From NCBI GenBank assembly GCA_015680685.1, contig MNCI01002312.1, positions 453,652 through 517,651 on the forward strand: a stretch of 64,000 nucleotides of DNA, read 5' to 3'. The position numbers and the translations under genes are program-made. Source of the stretch: Gnetum montanum (lineage: Eukaryota > Plantae > Gnetophyta). The notes beneath the pieces were generated by a model. That model was not told the origin of the DNA. It was given only the letters and a program-made list of their open reading frames with translations, and ran no database searches. Of this stretch, positions 1 through 13,500 are shown in pieces. The stretch's first letter is position 1, and each line of letters begins with the position of its first letter.

Positions 1-23
1 TAGGGGTACCTCGCCACTCATCA
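1..23 (+). mobile_element. 3' terminus of an Athila-type LTR (element lies upstream of the window)
   Basis: TAGGGGTACCTCGCCACTCATCA matches the LTR ends at 7147, 18225 and 30087; no PBS follows, so it is a 3' or solo LTR inserted into the adjacent element. Confidence 0.85.
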
Positions 24-1150
24 GCTATCATAAAAGAAAGTTAGCTAACTTTGTCGAATACTATGAGTTGTTAAAAGTTCTTATTTATCAAATCACTTAG
101 TTTATATAGTCCCTAGAGTACACTACTTGAAACAAATGAAATCTCACAAAAATGCTTGAGCACAATTCTAGCAATCTACTCCTAATTTTCCCTAGAGAGA
201 AACTTCCATAAGAAAACTAAAAATAGAGATTTAATGGGTTTTAAAAAGACAAAAGAAAAGAAAGTATATTTGTTTGGGATCTCAAACATTTAAGTAAGAT
301 AAATTGACATGAGGAAACATTTCACAATAAAGCTATTCCAATTTAATCTATTATGAATTTTCTAAAACCTCTGAGCTTAACAAGCAATTTCATAAAAGTC
401 ATTTTTATNNNNNNNNNNNNNNNNNNNNNNNNNNNNNNNNNNNNNNNNNNNNNAGAACTTCCAAAAAAATTTGACAATTTTAAGATTGCAATATTAAGAC
501 AACAAATTTTAAAAATATAGAAGCTATTTTAGTCATTTCAAGGTATCAAAGATTTTCTAGATTTTCCTAAACTCAAATAGGCAATTTCTATAAGACATTA
601 CTATTAAATTACTCAAGATGCTTTTCTAATAAAGCATAACTCTTATTTGGCAAATCTTAATAGAAATCTAATGTTACACAAAAAATAGAGCTATAAAGGC
701 AACTTAGAAAAATCCAAAAATCAAATGGTAAGCACGATACTATCTAAACCATTAGCTAAGCAACTAAGATAAAATAGAAAGAAAAGAACTCATAGGATTA
801 AAACAAAGCAATTGAATTGATGAATTAGCAAGCCATCTTACAATCTTCAATATCTTTTTTCTTGATCTTCCACCAATTCCCCTCATTCTACCCATCAAGC
901 TCTTTCTATAATAGCTTAGGGTAGTTACAAACATTATGAAAAATTAAGGTGGATTACAAAAATTATGAGGGTTCGTTATAACCACCATAGAGTTAAATGC
1001 TATAGTCAACAAGTGTTTGGTAGCTACAACCACCATGGAGATTAAAAAGCTATAGTTGATAAGTATCTTATTTAGTGGTTAGAAACCATCATGGTAGTTA
1101 GTTATAACTACCATAGATATTTAAAAAATTACAATTGAGACTTGTCCATT
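24..1150 (-). repeat. Conserved LTR core (proximal U3/R/U5) shared with ~23860-25010
   Basis: Colinear matches, e.g. rc(TAATCCTATGAGTTCTTTTC) near 783-800 vs ~24193-24210 and rc(CATCTTGAGTAATTTAATAG) at 601-620 vs ~24368-24387; TATA-like TATAGAAA at 903-910 (-). Confidence 0.9.
409..452. other. Assembly gap (N run)
   Basis: Run of n. Confidence 0.99.
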
Positions 1151-1204
1151 TTTCTTACAAAATAGTTATATATATATATTATTTTCAATTTTAAAAACAA
1201 AGAA

Positions 1205-1752
1205 CGGGTCATAGCTCCAATCATTCACAATTTCTCTATTGCCATTATATCTTTCTTCATTGCAGCCTTAGAATCTTCAGAATTATGAATATCCACATAC
1301 GTTTCCCAAGTGGCTCTTCCATCGGCACTGCATACAATTTGCACATCACTCTTGCTAATATCGTTGTCTTCAAAGAAATCTACGATATCCTCAATAGTGG
1401 CAGAGAAGGGCTGTCCCCTGAGCTTCAGGACTCTAGTCTGCTTGGCCTTGTCCTTGCCTGCATCGTGAGATCTGCTTTGGAAGAAGTATAGTTGCCACCA
1501 TCGTTATGTCTCAAGTCTGCATGTTCGTTGGCTATGGCCTGATAGTAGTCCTGCTTCTTGGCACGGAAAACTTCAATGTAACGATTGCCCATGTTGTAGT
1601 GATCTTTCCTAAGAGCATACTCAACCTAAACAGAGCGCCAAATACGCAGAATTCCTCTCCGGTAAAACGATCATTCTTGTAAACAAGGAAAACATCAATA
1701 ACGTCAAGCCCGCTGAAGAAGTCACAGACATTATTTTCAATGCAGTTGAAAA
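1205..1752 (-). pseudogene. Captured fragment of plant hnRNP F/H-like RNA-binding protein (two qRRMs), frameshifted
   Basis: Translations FNCIENNVCDFFSGLDVIDVFLVYKNDRFTGEEFCV / VEYALRKDHYNMGNRYIEVFRAKKQDYYQAIANE / RVLKLRGQPFSATIEDIVDFF...DSKAAMKKD match qRRM motifs; no intron-like interruption. Confidence 0.85.
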
Positions 1753-1923
1753 TAATATTTCCATAGCGTAATGCCATCCCGGCAGGACCATGGCATTGAG
1801 GACTGCCACTTGAAACGTTTTTAAATGAGTACATCTGAACTCTGAAGTTATCTTTTATTTCTTGTCCAATGCTGCAGTCCTCAGCAGTTATCATCTGCAC
1901 TTCTATTCACAAACCAGAATCAG

Positions 1924-2139
1924 GTTGACGAGAATGCTAGCATCCACCATTATTTCGGCCACGATGCGAGCAACATGGTCATGAATCTTGTACATCTTTC
2001 CACTGGTTTTTGTGCAGGTGTGAAGCAGCTTCAACGCCACGCATTTCTTGCTGATGAGAACGACGCCATCCTTAACCACAATGTTGACAGTTGCATCTAT
2101 ATTGTCGATAGCTTCCAAAGCGTACTCCACTTGGTACTG
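1924..2139 (-). pseudogene. PAC1: Captured fragment of 20S proteasome subunit alpha-3 (alpha type-4)
   Basis: YQVEYALEAI...KDGVVLI...KLL...KMYKIHDHVA...IMVDASILVN parallels PAC1/PSMA4 YQVEYAMEAI...KMYKIDDHVACAVAGIMSDANILIN; both ends truncated. Confidence 0.9.
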
Positions 2140-2228
2140 CGAGTTAGTTGCAGATCGCATCCAAACGGAATGCCAAGCTTTGGCTAACTATATTCTAATC
2201 TTGCGGAGCATCCACTTCTTGGTGATGA

Positions 2229-2288
2229 TGCCGAAGTGAAGTTCACGGATAACACAATTGCCGTAGTGAAGTTCACGGGTAACACAAT
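2229..2288. repeat. 30-bp tandem duplication inside unassigned cargo
   Basis: TGCCGAAGTGAAGTTCACGGATAACACAAT / TGCCGTAGTGAAGTTCACGGGTAACACAAT, 2 mismatches. Confidence 0.9.
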
Positions 2289-5200
2289 TAAAACTTATGC
2301 ATGGAATCACCGTAGCTACCCAACTTTGATTAAGCTCTTTGAAATCATCATCCTCGTTATTTGAAATGCGTCACTTGATCAATACTGCAGTTTGCGGCAA
2401 CTTCTGAGATCAAGAACAGGACGTCATTCGGTTATGCGTATATCCCTCCCTTATAGTCGTACGAGCAAACCTCTTAGTAACCTTCATCAAATCTTGCAGA
2501 ACCTCCATCGACAAAGCCTCCATCTCCGTTATTTTCAAGAAGATTATTAATATCAACATCTATCACATTTCCTACATATGTTGAATCATTTGAACCTTCT
2601 TGAAGTTTTGAACTGTGAATTTCCTCTTTTTCAGCTTCTTCTATTAGCTTCTTTACAAGCTTAATACTGTGAACTATTAAGATCAATATGACAATCCTTA
2701 TTTTGATGAGGTGCCCATCTTTTGAGCTCTCTACTTAACCCTCCAGTTCTTAAATTTTGGAATAAAATTATGAACCTAGTTTTTCTTAACAATGACCATC
2801 ACTGCTCCATGAAATGGTAGAAATGTGCCAACACTAGCATAGTCACAAGCCTCCTCAATGTAGTCACACAATGAAAATGGAATTCGGCTTGTTTCTACCT
2901 CATAGTTTGTCAATGCAAGGTTACGAGAGGTCCTAGAGGAGTGTGGAGGTCAAAATATGGGAATTTAGAGTTTTTTATTTATTTTTGGAAATCCACCTTG
3001 ACCCAACTATGCTAGGACTATGCTGGCTAGCGTAGTTAGCGTCACCCCTGGCATGATTTGCAGTGTGCGATGGAATTTGACTTATTTTGGTTCAGTTGTT
3101 TGCTATTTCAAGGCTATCGGAGGTTCTATGGTGAAGTTTATGGTAAATTGTGTCAATTTAAGGCTATTTATGGTCATTTCTTCCTCAACTACTAGTGACT
3201 ATGCTAGCCAATGTAGTTGAGGCCTTCCTTAATGTAGTTTAAATAAGAAAATGATTTTTGATGGTTTTTGATAGGTTTTAGGCAATTCTGGAGCTACTAG
3301 AGATCTTGGTTAGGGTTTGGTGTATGGAGTTGTCATTTCAAATTCAATTGGGATTTTGGTTGATGTTTGAAAACATCTTCCTACTAGTGACTACATTGGC
3401 CAGTGTAGTCAAGCTATTGGTCAACATAGTTCCCACAAATGACATGTTTTGGCATGAGTTTGCCTGGTTTCCATCAATGTCAACACCTAGTTTTTGTTTT
3501 TGGCATAAGGTTTCATGGCATGGGTCGGTAGTTGGGAGGTTGGTTTAGGTAGTAATTGGGTTTTGCAATTCACTTCAATGCTTCTAGGTACTTGAAACCT
3601 AGCGTAATCACCCTAGAAAATTGAAAATCCAAGTGTATTAGGATTTCCGTTGGCTTTCTTCCTAGGCATCTAGTAGGATCCATCTTGAATTTGAAAATTT
3701 TTATGCATTAGTTTCCCACTCACCCAACATAGTCCTACTTACCAATTGTGATCATTGAGTTCAATGGGACTTGGGTGAGTGTTTTGGAAAACCAGGGTTT
3801 TCCAAGAGGATGCATAAGTATGGAAGTGATTTTCAAGAAACAACTTTACACAAATCATTCTCTTCCTACCACTTTCAAGCTCCAATGCCTTGGATCAGAT
3901 CTCTACACCTACTTCAGCACCTCCCACTTTCATCCCTGGTGTAGTTGAGGTTTTCACTCTAAGAGGCCAACATAGTTGCTTTAGAAGGCTTCAAATAACT
4001 ACTCCTACATTGATTACAACCATGTCAAGGAGATGGGCTTCCATCACTAAGAACCCTACTTTGGAAGACATTGATACTACTACCCATGGCCTCTCCAATC
4101 TACCACAACCCATGATAGCTAAAAACTCTAACACCATGATACCTAGGTATACATATTCTAGCCTTTTCTTAGAAAATTTCACTACAATCCTAGGCATTTT
4201 TTGTCATGATGGTTTGTGTGTTTGTTGTTTTTGAATTTTTTAAAAATCCTATGTTATATCTAGGCTATTTCTATGGGTTTCTTATGTTTCTTAGGTCATG
4301 GGATTGGTACATGTTGAATTAAAAAATTATTTCTACTAATTCTGGGCATTTTTCTATGGTTTTGGGCAAAAAAGCAATACCATTTTTGTATTTTTTTTTC
4401 CTATCTAAATGGTTTATATTTTTTGATTTTTGTATCTATATAGTTGTAGTACTATGTTTAATGGTCAAGTGAAATTTTGAATTACCTAATTTTGACCTAC
4501 AGTTTATTCTCTATGAATTTTTCTATAAGACTGTGCAGAGTGGGTTTTCAGTTTTAACTATTTTTATATGGTAATTTGGTAATTTTTCATGTTAGATTAG
4601 TTAATGATTTTTTTGTTTTAAGGTTGTGGGTTTTTAACTCTCTATTTAAGGATTCCAACAACTATAGAATCATGGAATTTGGATGTGTAGTTAATTTTTG
4701 GCGATTTTTTTTCCTAAACTCATGTGAAATGGGCTTTTATTATTACGGTTTGATTTATGTCACTTTAGTAGCGTTTTTTACATAAAAGGCTTGGAATTTT
4801 TATGATTTCTAGTTTTGGGTTTCTAAATTTTTGTTTCAGAATTCTAGAAACTATGGAATCATTGAATTTGGTTATGTAGTTGATTTTTAATGAATTTTTT
4901 GGTGAACTAGTGTCTAAGTGTTATTTTTTGGTTATGGTTTACTCTTGTGAAGATAGGTAGCATTGGCACTTTGGAAAATTTTTCCAGTCAATGTCTCAAG
5001 ATCTTGAGGAAGCTTTGAGGCTTTTGGGAGGATTTGCAAGTGGTTTCAGCTAAGTGAAAATTCCTTTTGATATTTTTTATTAGTTTTCTACTATGGCCAT
5101 TTTCCATAGTTTGGTGTTGTTGTGAAGTTTTCTATGGAGTGTTATGGTTTTGGTTGGAGTTTCAAATTTTTCCTAGGCTTGGAACTTCAACATAGATACC

Positions 5201-6253
5201 AAATTTTGTTGAATGTTTTATGCCCACACAACTTCCAGCCTTAGGAAAAAAAGTTTTAGCTCTAATATATCATTTTTTATCAAGTGTGAACTACCTTGTA
5301 TAGTTACAGTTTTGCCCATGAAAACTGCAAACCTTCCTATCTATACAAGTAATGCTAGTATCGATATTGGTGTTTAATGGTTTACAAAGTGTTCTACATG
5401 TTATGTTTTTAGTTCTAAATAGTAATTTTTAATTTTTATGAAAATTTTAACTATTTTTCCTAGAATTTTTACTATGGCTACTTTCACCATTAACTAGGAT
5501 GTTTAGAAAAATTTTGCAAAATTCAAGTTGGTGTTTTGACTATAGTAGTAGGTACAAGCTAGTTTTCATGCTTTTGATGTTTTTCCATAAAAATTTTACA
5601 CTTTTATGCATATCTTAGCATGGAAACTACCATCAATTATTGGTAGGTCACTTGGTTGTACATAGTTTTGTCTTGGTTTGGTTGTTTGTTTACATGAAAA
5701 ATGTTGATATTAGGGTTGTAGTTGTTTTGGCTATTTAAATTTTGGTTATATTTGGTTATGGCTATTTAGGGTTGTGATGGTTATTATTGTTTTGTGTAGG
5801 ACCTTCCTCCAACCCATCTTGGTGGTGATAGAGCTGATAGGGTTGCTATGCTGCTTCCACACCTCGAGGCCTAACACCCCACCTACTCACATGACTTTAG
5901 AGTCTGGCTCATTATGGTTCTAGCTAGGAACATAAGAATTCTTGGCCCTTTTGCTGCAAAAATTTAGTGTGATGATATGGTCACACTTATTAGCCCACAT
6001 AGCTATTGTCATTGTTGAGACCTTGTTGCCCTGATCTTCTAACTTCATCGTCAAGTTCATAGAAGACAATCCTAAGATATGCATGAAGAACAAGGTTCTT
6101 GATAGCACTCGTACAATAGGGACTTGTGAGCTATCCAAGATTTGGAACATGCTAGAGTTCAACTTGTATAATGCTAACAACACTTCGCTAATTGAACACC
6201 AGACCCACACACTATTTTAGAATCCTTCCAATACTGTCTACCATGTGGAAGGA

Positions 6254-7147
6254 TGATGAAGTGTTCAATTGATACGTCGACTGGGCCGCATTAATGGAGC
6301 CTTCTTGATCCAGCCATGTTGACATGATCCTATTGACATATCCATCAATGCATTAATGCGACCCTGTTAATGTAGAGTCTGTCTCTTGCTATAAATATGC
6401 ATGCACCCATAGCATTTATGGCATCTTTTTGGTAGTTGTAGTGAAGCCGTTGTAGTTTTTTTACGTGTAAGTTAGAATATTTCCCAAGTGCCCGCAGCAA
6501 GTGTGAGAAAGTTGTATGACTCTTTATTCAAGTGCTATGTACCTAAGCCCATTAGCATGAGTGAAAATAAAGATGAGATTTTTGAACATTCCTTGCAGCA
6601 TTTGGATTTAATTACTTAAGCATTAAAACACTTTAATATTTTGACATTTTAAGCATTCCAAAGTGCTTTATTATTATTGCTTTATGGTTATTATCCTTTC
6701 CATATTCTATGAGAACCATAGGCATGACCATCTCAAACATATATCAAACACTTGGTAACCTAGTGATGCTTAACATCTAGTAACCCAGTAGTGGTTAGGA
6801 TATGCTCAAGATATGCATGGAAGATGGGATTGATTACTTATGCTAGGAAGAATTAAACAATAGAGTAGAAAAATTACAAATTACCCAAATTTCCATTTCC
6901 TACATTAAAAGAATTAGACCTTTAAAGATAAAAAGAAAACTGATAAAAATCATTTGCCTCAATCTCACTCAACCATCACTCTAGAATATCACAGGTGAGA
7001 TTGGGAAGACAACGACCATTCTAACTAAGGTTTTGCTAGCTAGATTTCAGTGTACGTAAGTGCTTGTAGTCTCCAAAATTTGACCAAGTTGTGAGTGAAT
7101 GCTCGTGATTCATATGGTTGGACGTAGGGGTACCTCACTACTCATCA
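6254..7147 (+). repeat. 5' LTR
   Basis: Direct repeat of 17334-18225; TATAAAT near 6390. Confidence 0.95.
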
Positions 7148-7148
7148 T

Positions 7149-7166
7149 TGGTGCTATTATCAAGGA
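7149..7166 (+). promoter_or_regulatory. Primer binding site, tRNA-Asp type
   Basis: TGGTGCTATTATCAAGGA differs from the Athila consensus TGGCGCCGTTGCCGGGGA only by C>T/G>A changes. Confidence 0.8.
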
Positions 7167-7329
7167 CTGTTAGTCTTACATGCGCTATCTAGTCTTAGCA
7201 AGATCATCATTCACTTCATTGGAACGGACCTAGGATAGTGAAATCTACGCACGCTAGGTGCCTTAAGTAAAAGAATAAGGAACACTAGTTTAGTTGTTAT
7301 TTAACATCAAAAATGTATTCTTCTCATAG

Positions 7330-9800
7330 GTGATATGGATCCAACCCACTAGTGCGGTAGGAATGTCGGGTGGTATATGCACATCCAGATGAGTATATCC
7401 CCAACTTCACCTTTATCCTACATCAAGATGAGCATCTATGATGGCGGGACATGGAGGGCAACATCATATTACCTTTTTATCGATCAGTTCTTGGAATGCT
7501 ACTTCAAAATCTTGCCAAACTTGGCATTTAGGACTATGGTGTGGAATACATAATGAAGGATCATGACTACCAAGACTATCATCCAAATGAGGCATAATGT
7601 GCACAAGACTGGCAACAAGTGGAATGCCATGAACACATAAAGAGGAAATAGTTCAGTAATCCTTTTTTCTTACAGGACTTTCATGATGATGAGAAACTTT
7701 GTTTTTACGATTCCCATTCAGTAGAACCTCCTCTGATGCATAAGATCATTTAGTCCATCATTCAAAGTAAACAATCAAGCGATCAGGATCCCTAGGATGA
7801 TGAGGGATTGCACAAAAAAGATCATGACAAAGGGAAAGATGGACATGAAGATCGGGGTCATCATCAGAGCAGAGGAGGAGATTGAAATTAGGGTAGTGGT
7901 AGTTCTCCTCCTTATTTTCCATCTTCTCATTCGACCTTATCTTCACCAAGTTTTGACTTCGATCACAATCATAGTTGGAAGGATTGGGGTGATGGTGATC
8001 GAAAAGACCGATGGGATTGCAAGGACCAATGGGCACAACATGAGGAAAAGCATGACCAATCACATGAGTCTCACCATCAAGAAAGGAGATGTAGTTGAAA
8101 TCATCACAGATGCAATGGCCATCAACAAGAATATGACTCGGATGAACCACTGGTGGCTACTTGAAGCATGCTTAACATAGTCGAGGCAATTTAAATACCC
8201 AGTAGGCACTTGAAAGATAGTCAGATCAAGTGCATTAACATGAACAATATCCCCAAATTTAAAGGAGGATATAATTGTGATCCATAGACTCACTTGTAAG
8301 CATTTCATGATGCTTGCACCCTACAAACTGTAGATAATGATTGGTAGAAACTCAAGCTATTCCCCCAAACACTCATCAAGGAAGCGGAAAGATAGTACTA
8401 GTCATTGGAACCAAAATTAATCAGAAGATGGAATATGATGCTAGAAATTTTCAATGATAAATACCAAACTTACTCTAGAGTGGCTAATTTGAGATGAAAA
8501 ATCTAGGGATGGAAGCAAGGTAGCCATGAACCATTGGATGCAACCATGGGTAGATATTACTCATTATTACATTGATGCCCTCGTCATGGCTACTCTTAGT
8601 GGGAACAACTTCGTCATATCATAGATGGACTCTACTTTGAAATAAGAAAGACCCTTGGCCTTTACACTCAAGGATGACTATCTAAGTTAATGGCCCATCA
8701 ATTATAGCACCTCATTGCGTACATGGCCAAAGAGGAAGGGGAACTAAGGAAAAAAGAAAGGGTAGAAGAATATAATTAGGACCCTTCCATCCAAAATAAG
8801 GAAGTCCAATTTTGTGAAGAGGAGGAAGAATCACCACTAGATGCAACAATGAACCAAAAAACCTTGCCCATACAAGAATTTGCTTTAAAATTTTGGCCAA
8901 GTTTGAGAAGATGTGGGATTCTTTGGATGAAAGGTTCCAAACTATCCTAAAAATCACAGAGGAATCCAAAGAGTGAAGTAATGATCATGATCAGTAGAGG
9001 AGAAGAGGAGCTGAACATGCCTACCATAAAGGTAAGTGTAAAGTTGCTGCAGTAGAATGGGTTGCAGACTTTGACATAGAGGAAGATGATGGGTCTAACA
9101 TATGCCAGTATGAACATCTTAAGGGGTGTTGCTTGGTGGTGTCACATTTACAAGAGTTTGGGATGTATGCATGAATCCTTATTTGAAAAAAAGGAAAATA
9201 CCTTGCAGATTACCTTATCCCCAAGGCAATCCTAGGTAGTTCCACCAACAATGGGGATATTATCCAAGTGGAGCACAGTCGCAACCGTACAAGTATTACC
9301 AACAATGGCAACATCCACAATCATGGGGGATGCCACCTCCAAGGTAGCAGTACCCTTACTGGCAACCAAATCCTTATGGGTACTACATCCAAGAGCCAAT
9401 CTCCTTACGGGACTCTTCTAGTCACACACCATTTCAAAATATTATTATCCCTTGGAATACTTTTGAACATAGTCTCCATCGCCTAGGGGGAAAGAACCCA
9501 CATCTATACTATCCTCTGTCACCTTCTCCTACCAAATTTACTCATCAGCCCTCCACTCAACTACCTCCTGTTCCACCTATGTAGGGAGAAATACCATCAT
9601 AGCCATAGCAACATAATTCCACGAGGGTTATCAACTTACAACTGGCTTCTCAGCCAAGTGGACTAGAATCAAAACTGTAGAAACACCCTTTCTTCCAGTC
9701 CAATATCCCAAACATACCTTCACATTCACCGATGGCTAGTGCCTTTGAACCTCTAATTGCCTCCACCATTCAACCCTTTGAGCAACCTTCAAGCCAACAC
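7330..9800 (+). pseudogene. gag: gag (decayed)
   Basis: Retrotransposon-gag-like motifs at ~8240-8700 (IPKFKGG, KLKLFPQTL), Pro/Gln-rich tail; many stops. Confidence 0.75.
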
Positions 9801-9820
9801 CCCCCAAAGTACAAACTTTC

Positions 9821-12800
9821 ATGCTAACACACACTGTGATGCACTGGATAAAGGTAGGTCATCTTCCTCGGAAATTGATTGATCTTGGAAGTCCCCTCAT
9901 ATACTTTCAAGTGGCAAGAAACGAGCCATGCAAAGCTCTCTTAGATTCAAGGTTAGGCATCTATTTGATTTCACATGATATGTATAATACTTGGAACTTA
10001 CCCTTGATGAAGAAAAGCAATATTTGGCTTGAGTTGGAAAACCATTCCATAATTATTCCCTTGGGATTGGTAGAAGATATCGTGACCACTGTTTGTGGGT
10101 GGTCCTATTTTGTTGACTTCCTTGTTATTCAATTTGATCATTGTAAGGGGAATTTCATAATCATAATGGGAAGAGCCTGGCTCAACATAGTGGATGCACT
10201 ATTGTAACTCTAAGATTTCAAAAAAAAATCCTTTTGGAAAGATTGAGAAGAAGTGCATCCCATGCATTGCGTATAGTGAATCTGGGTGCAACTATGTGTA
10301 GAAACTTTGGTCCACTAAGTGGACATCTATTCAAGCATGTAGTCAGTGTGTTGAAGAATCATAGATTCAATGATGTCTGTATGTAGTAGCCACGAATCAA
10401 GAAAGCACCCAATGGCTTACCGTTGACTCTAATAGCAACACTCTATGCACAAAACCATCTAAGGGCCTTGTATGTGCTTACATGAAAAGCATGGATGAAT
10501 TGGAAAAGGTCCATAAAAAATTCTCCACTATTGATGACAGTGATGATTGGGGAAATCTACAAATCCTTAAAAGCTTTAGAAAAGAACACCTGGAACTAAA
10601 AACCTTACCAACCAATTTGGAATATGCATGCCTGCAGAATGGCAAGCTAGTAATCATCAATCCCACTCTTGCTCTTGAACAAAAGAAGAGGTTGCTAAAG
10701 ATGGTGAACAAATGGATGGATACTTTTACATGGTCATATCCTAAACTAATCAGAGTTGACCCTAGGGTATGCCAACATTGGATCTATATCAACCCCTCTG
10801 TGAATCCATGACGACAGCTGCAAAGATGAATGAACCCCAAATCGAAGTAGGTCGTCAAGGATGAAATTGAACAATTGTTGAAAGAAGGGTTCATCTATTT
10901 CATTGTGAATAGTGAATGGGTCAGCCCACTCATTATAGTACCAAAGAAGAATGACAAATGGGGAGTCTGTATATATTTTGAACTACTAAATATGGCAACC
11001 TTCAAGGATCACTTCCCAGTTCTGTTTGTGGATCAAGTGTTGGATACTATTGCAAGGCATTGTTACTATAGCCTTTTGGACAGTTATAGTGATTATAACC
11101 AAATCCAAATCGGACCCAAAAACCAGGCCAAGACAACATTTACAAGTCCCTAAGGAACTTTTGCATATAAGAATATGTCCTTTGGCCTATGCAATGTGCC
11201 TACAACATTCCAATGCCTCGTCCTTAGCATCTTTCATCAAAAAATTGGCAATGAGATAGAAGTTTTTATGGATGACTTATCTACCTATGGAGCAACATTT
11301 GAATAAGCCTTGGACTACCTTGAGAAATTTTTAAAAAGATGTGTGAAAAAAAATTTAGAGCTCAACTGGCAAAAGAGTCACTTGATGGTCCAAGAGGGCA
11401 TTGTTTTGGGGCATCAAATTTCACAAGCAGGGATTGGTGTAGACCCTAAAAAAATTAGGATCATCCAAGGAATCACCAGTCAACCAAGCACTATAAAAGA
11501 GGTTTGGTCATTCCTTGGACAGACTGGTTATTATTGATGCTTCGTCAAGAATTTCTTAAAGATCACCAATTCGTTGGTGGAACTAACAAAGAAGGATGCT
11601 TTGTTTGTCTAGAGTAGGGAATGCGAGTCTGCATTCTAAACACTAAAATAGAAACTCATAGAGACTCCAATTCTATGGGCACCTGACTAGTCTAGATCAT
11701 TTCACATCATGATGGATGCATCTAATTATGCATTGGGAACCATGCTGACATAGTTGGATGACCAACGACGTCCATGTTACATCCACTATGCCAACCAAAG
11801 CATTGTGGATGCTCAACTCAATTACACCACCATTGAAAAGGAATTGATAGCGGTGGTGTTTGCCTTGGAAAAGATCAGACAGTATGTGCTCAGATACAAG
11901 GTGTTTGTACATACAAACCACTGTTCCATCCGGTTCCTTATGAACAAACCAATGGTAAGTCCCCGTATCATATGGTGGCTCAAGATCCTTCAGGAATTCA
12001 ATCTTACTATGGTGGAAAAAAAGGGAACTAAGAATGTGGTTGCTAACCAATTATGTTGGTTACAATGGGACAACATAGAGGAGGAGGAGCCACTCTCTGA
12101 CCAATTTCCAGATGAACTCCTCTTTGCTTGAGTAATTGCCAAGGAAAGGCCCACAATATCAACTTGGTTTAGTGACATCCTTACTTATCTCTCAACACAA
12201 GAATTGCCAAAGGAGTGGGATCATCAGAAGAAACAACAGTTTCTTCGTAAGGCCAAGCATTTCATGGAAATCCACAGACACCTTTACAAGGTGTGTGTAG
12301 ATGGCTTGGTTTGATGGTATGTGCCTGATGAGGATAAACTACACATCCTTCAAGATGCTCATGAGGGCCCTTGTGGGGGTCACTTTATTGGACAATGCAT
12401 GGCCGTTAAAAACTTGCTTGTAGGATATTACTAGCCTACACTCTTCAGAGATGCTCAATGATTTGTCTACTCCTGTGAATGATGTTAGAGAGATGGTGGA
12501 ATGATAGGACGAATGGAGGGACCTCAATAGTGGATCCAGCCACTAGAACCTTTTGATAATTGGGGCATCAACATGATGGGTTCCATCACACCCATGTCCA
12601 ACTGAAAGGAATATATATTCATTGAAGTAGACTACTGTACCAAGTGAGTAGAGGTAGTAACTGTCACCAACTGTTCCTCAACCACAGCCACACGGTTTGT
12701 CCTACAGCAAATCATGAATAGGTTTGGGGTGCCACATGCACTCATTTTAGATAATGGAACTCACTTTATAGGCAATACTTTTTGTAAACTCATGCAGCAC

Positions 12801-13400
12801 TTGGAGGTCAAACATAAATTTACAACACCCTATCATCCCCAAGCCAACGAGCAAGTCGAAGTCACAAATAGGGAGATTACAAAGATCCTAACTAGGACCA
12901 TTAGCAAATATAGAAGGGATTTGAGCATGAAACTTAACGATGCTCTTTGGGTCTATCACTCAATGTGGAAACTTCCTATCTGCTATTCTCCTTATGAGTT
13001 AGTGTACGGGAAACTACCAAAACTTCCAATTCAAGTAGAACTTCGGACACTATCTACCACCAGTGACTTGGGTCTTGACTTATCACTAGCACAATGAGAA
13101 TGACTCATCAACTTGAATGTGCTAGATAAGAACCAACTAGTAGCCCAATCATCAAATGTAATACAAAAGGCCTATAATAAAAAACGTCATGATCTGAGGA
13201 TTCAAAAGGTGAAATTTCAATGTGGAGATAAGGTACTCTACTAGAACCCCACACATATACTGCAACATACTAAGTTTCAAACACTGTGGGAGGGACCTTA
13301 TATCGTTTCTAAAACCTTTTCATCTACGGCCCTACTTATCCAAAAACCTAAGAATCCAAAAAAAAACATAGTTAGCCAATATGAAACAGTTAAAACCCTT
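9821..13400 (+). pseudogene. pol: pol: protease, RT, RNase H, integrase (decayed)
   Basis: ALLDS/IIMGRAWL (PR); SEWVSPLIIVPKKN, KDHFPVLFVDQVLD, EVFMDDL (RT); DASNYALG, NYTTIEKELIAVVFALEK (RH); RFGVPHALILDNGTHF, TTPYHPQAN, WEGPY (IN). Confidence 0.95.
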
Positions 13401-13485
13401 CCACAAACTCCACCAAACCAGTGTCACTACCCTTTCATCACAAAGTCAACCTCATTCCATTTTCTAGGTCTGCTCCTCATAGCTC

Positions 13486-13500
13486 AGTTGTGGGGGAGAT
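13486..13500 (+). promoter_or_regulatory. Internal polypurine-tract copy after pol
   Basis: CAGTTGTGGGGGAG resembles the terminal PPT TAGTTGTGGGGTA at 17321-17333; a second PPT is known in Athila elements. Confidence 0.65.

Larger units (their letters stand above)
24..2700 (-). mobile_element. Cargo-carrying large LTR, copy L (truncated at both ends)
   Basis: 24-~1150 is the reverse-complement homologue of ~23860-25010; host gene fragments lie immediately 5' of it (1205-2690), the same layout as 21362-25239. Confidence 0.75.

Noticed and set aside
2330-2520. Possible receptor-kinase fragment on the minus strand
   Set aside because: Resemblance too weak; no intact kinase motif
2704-3800. LTR starting TGATGAG at 2704
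   Set aside because: No partner repeat, TATA or PPT found; the junction remains unresolved
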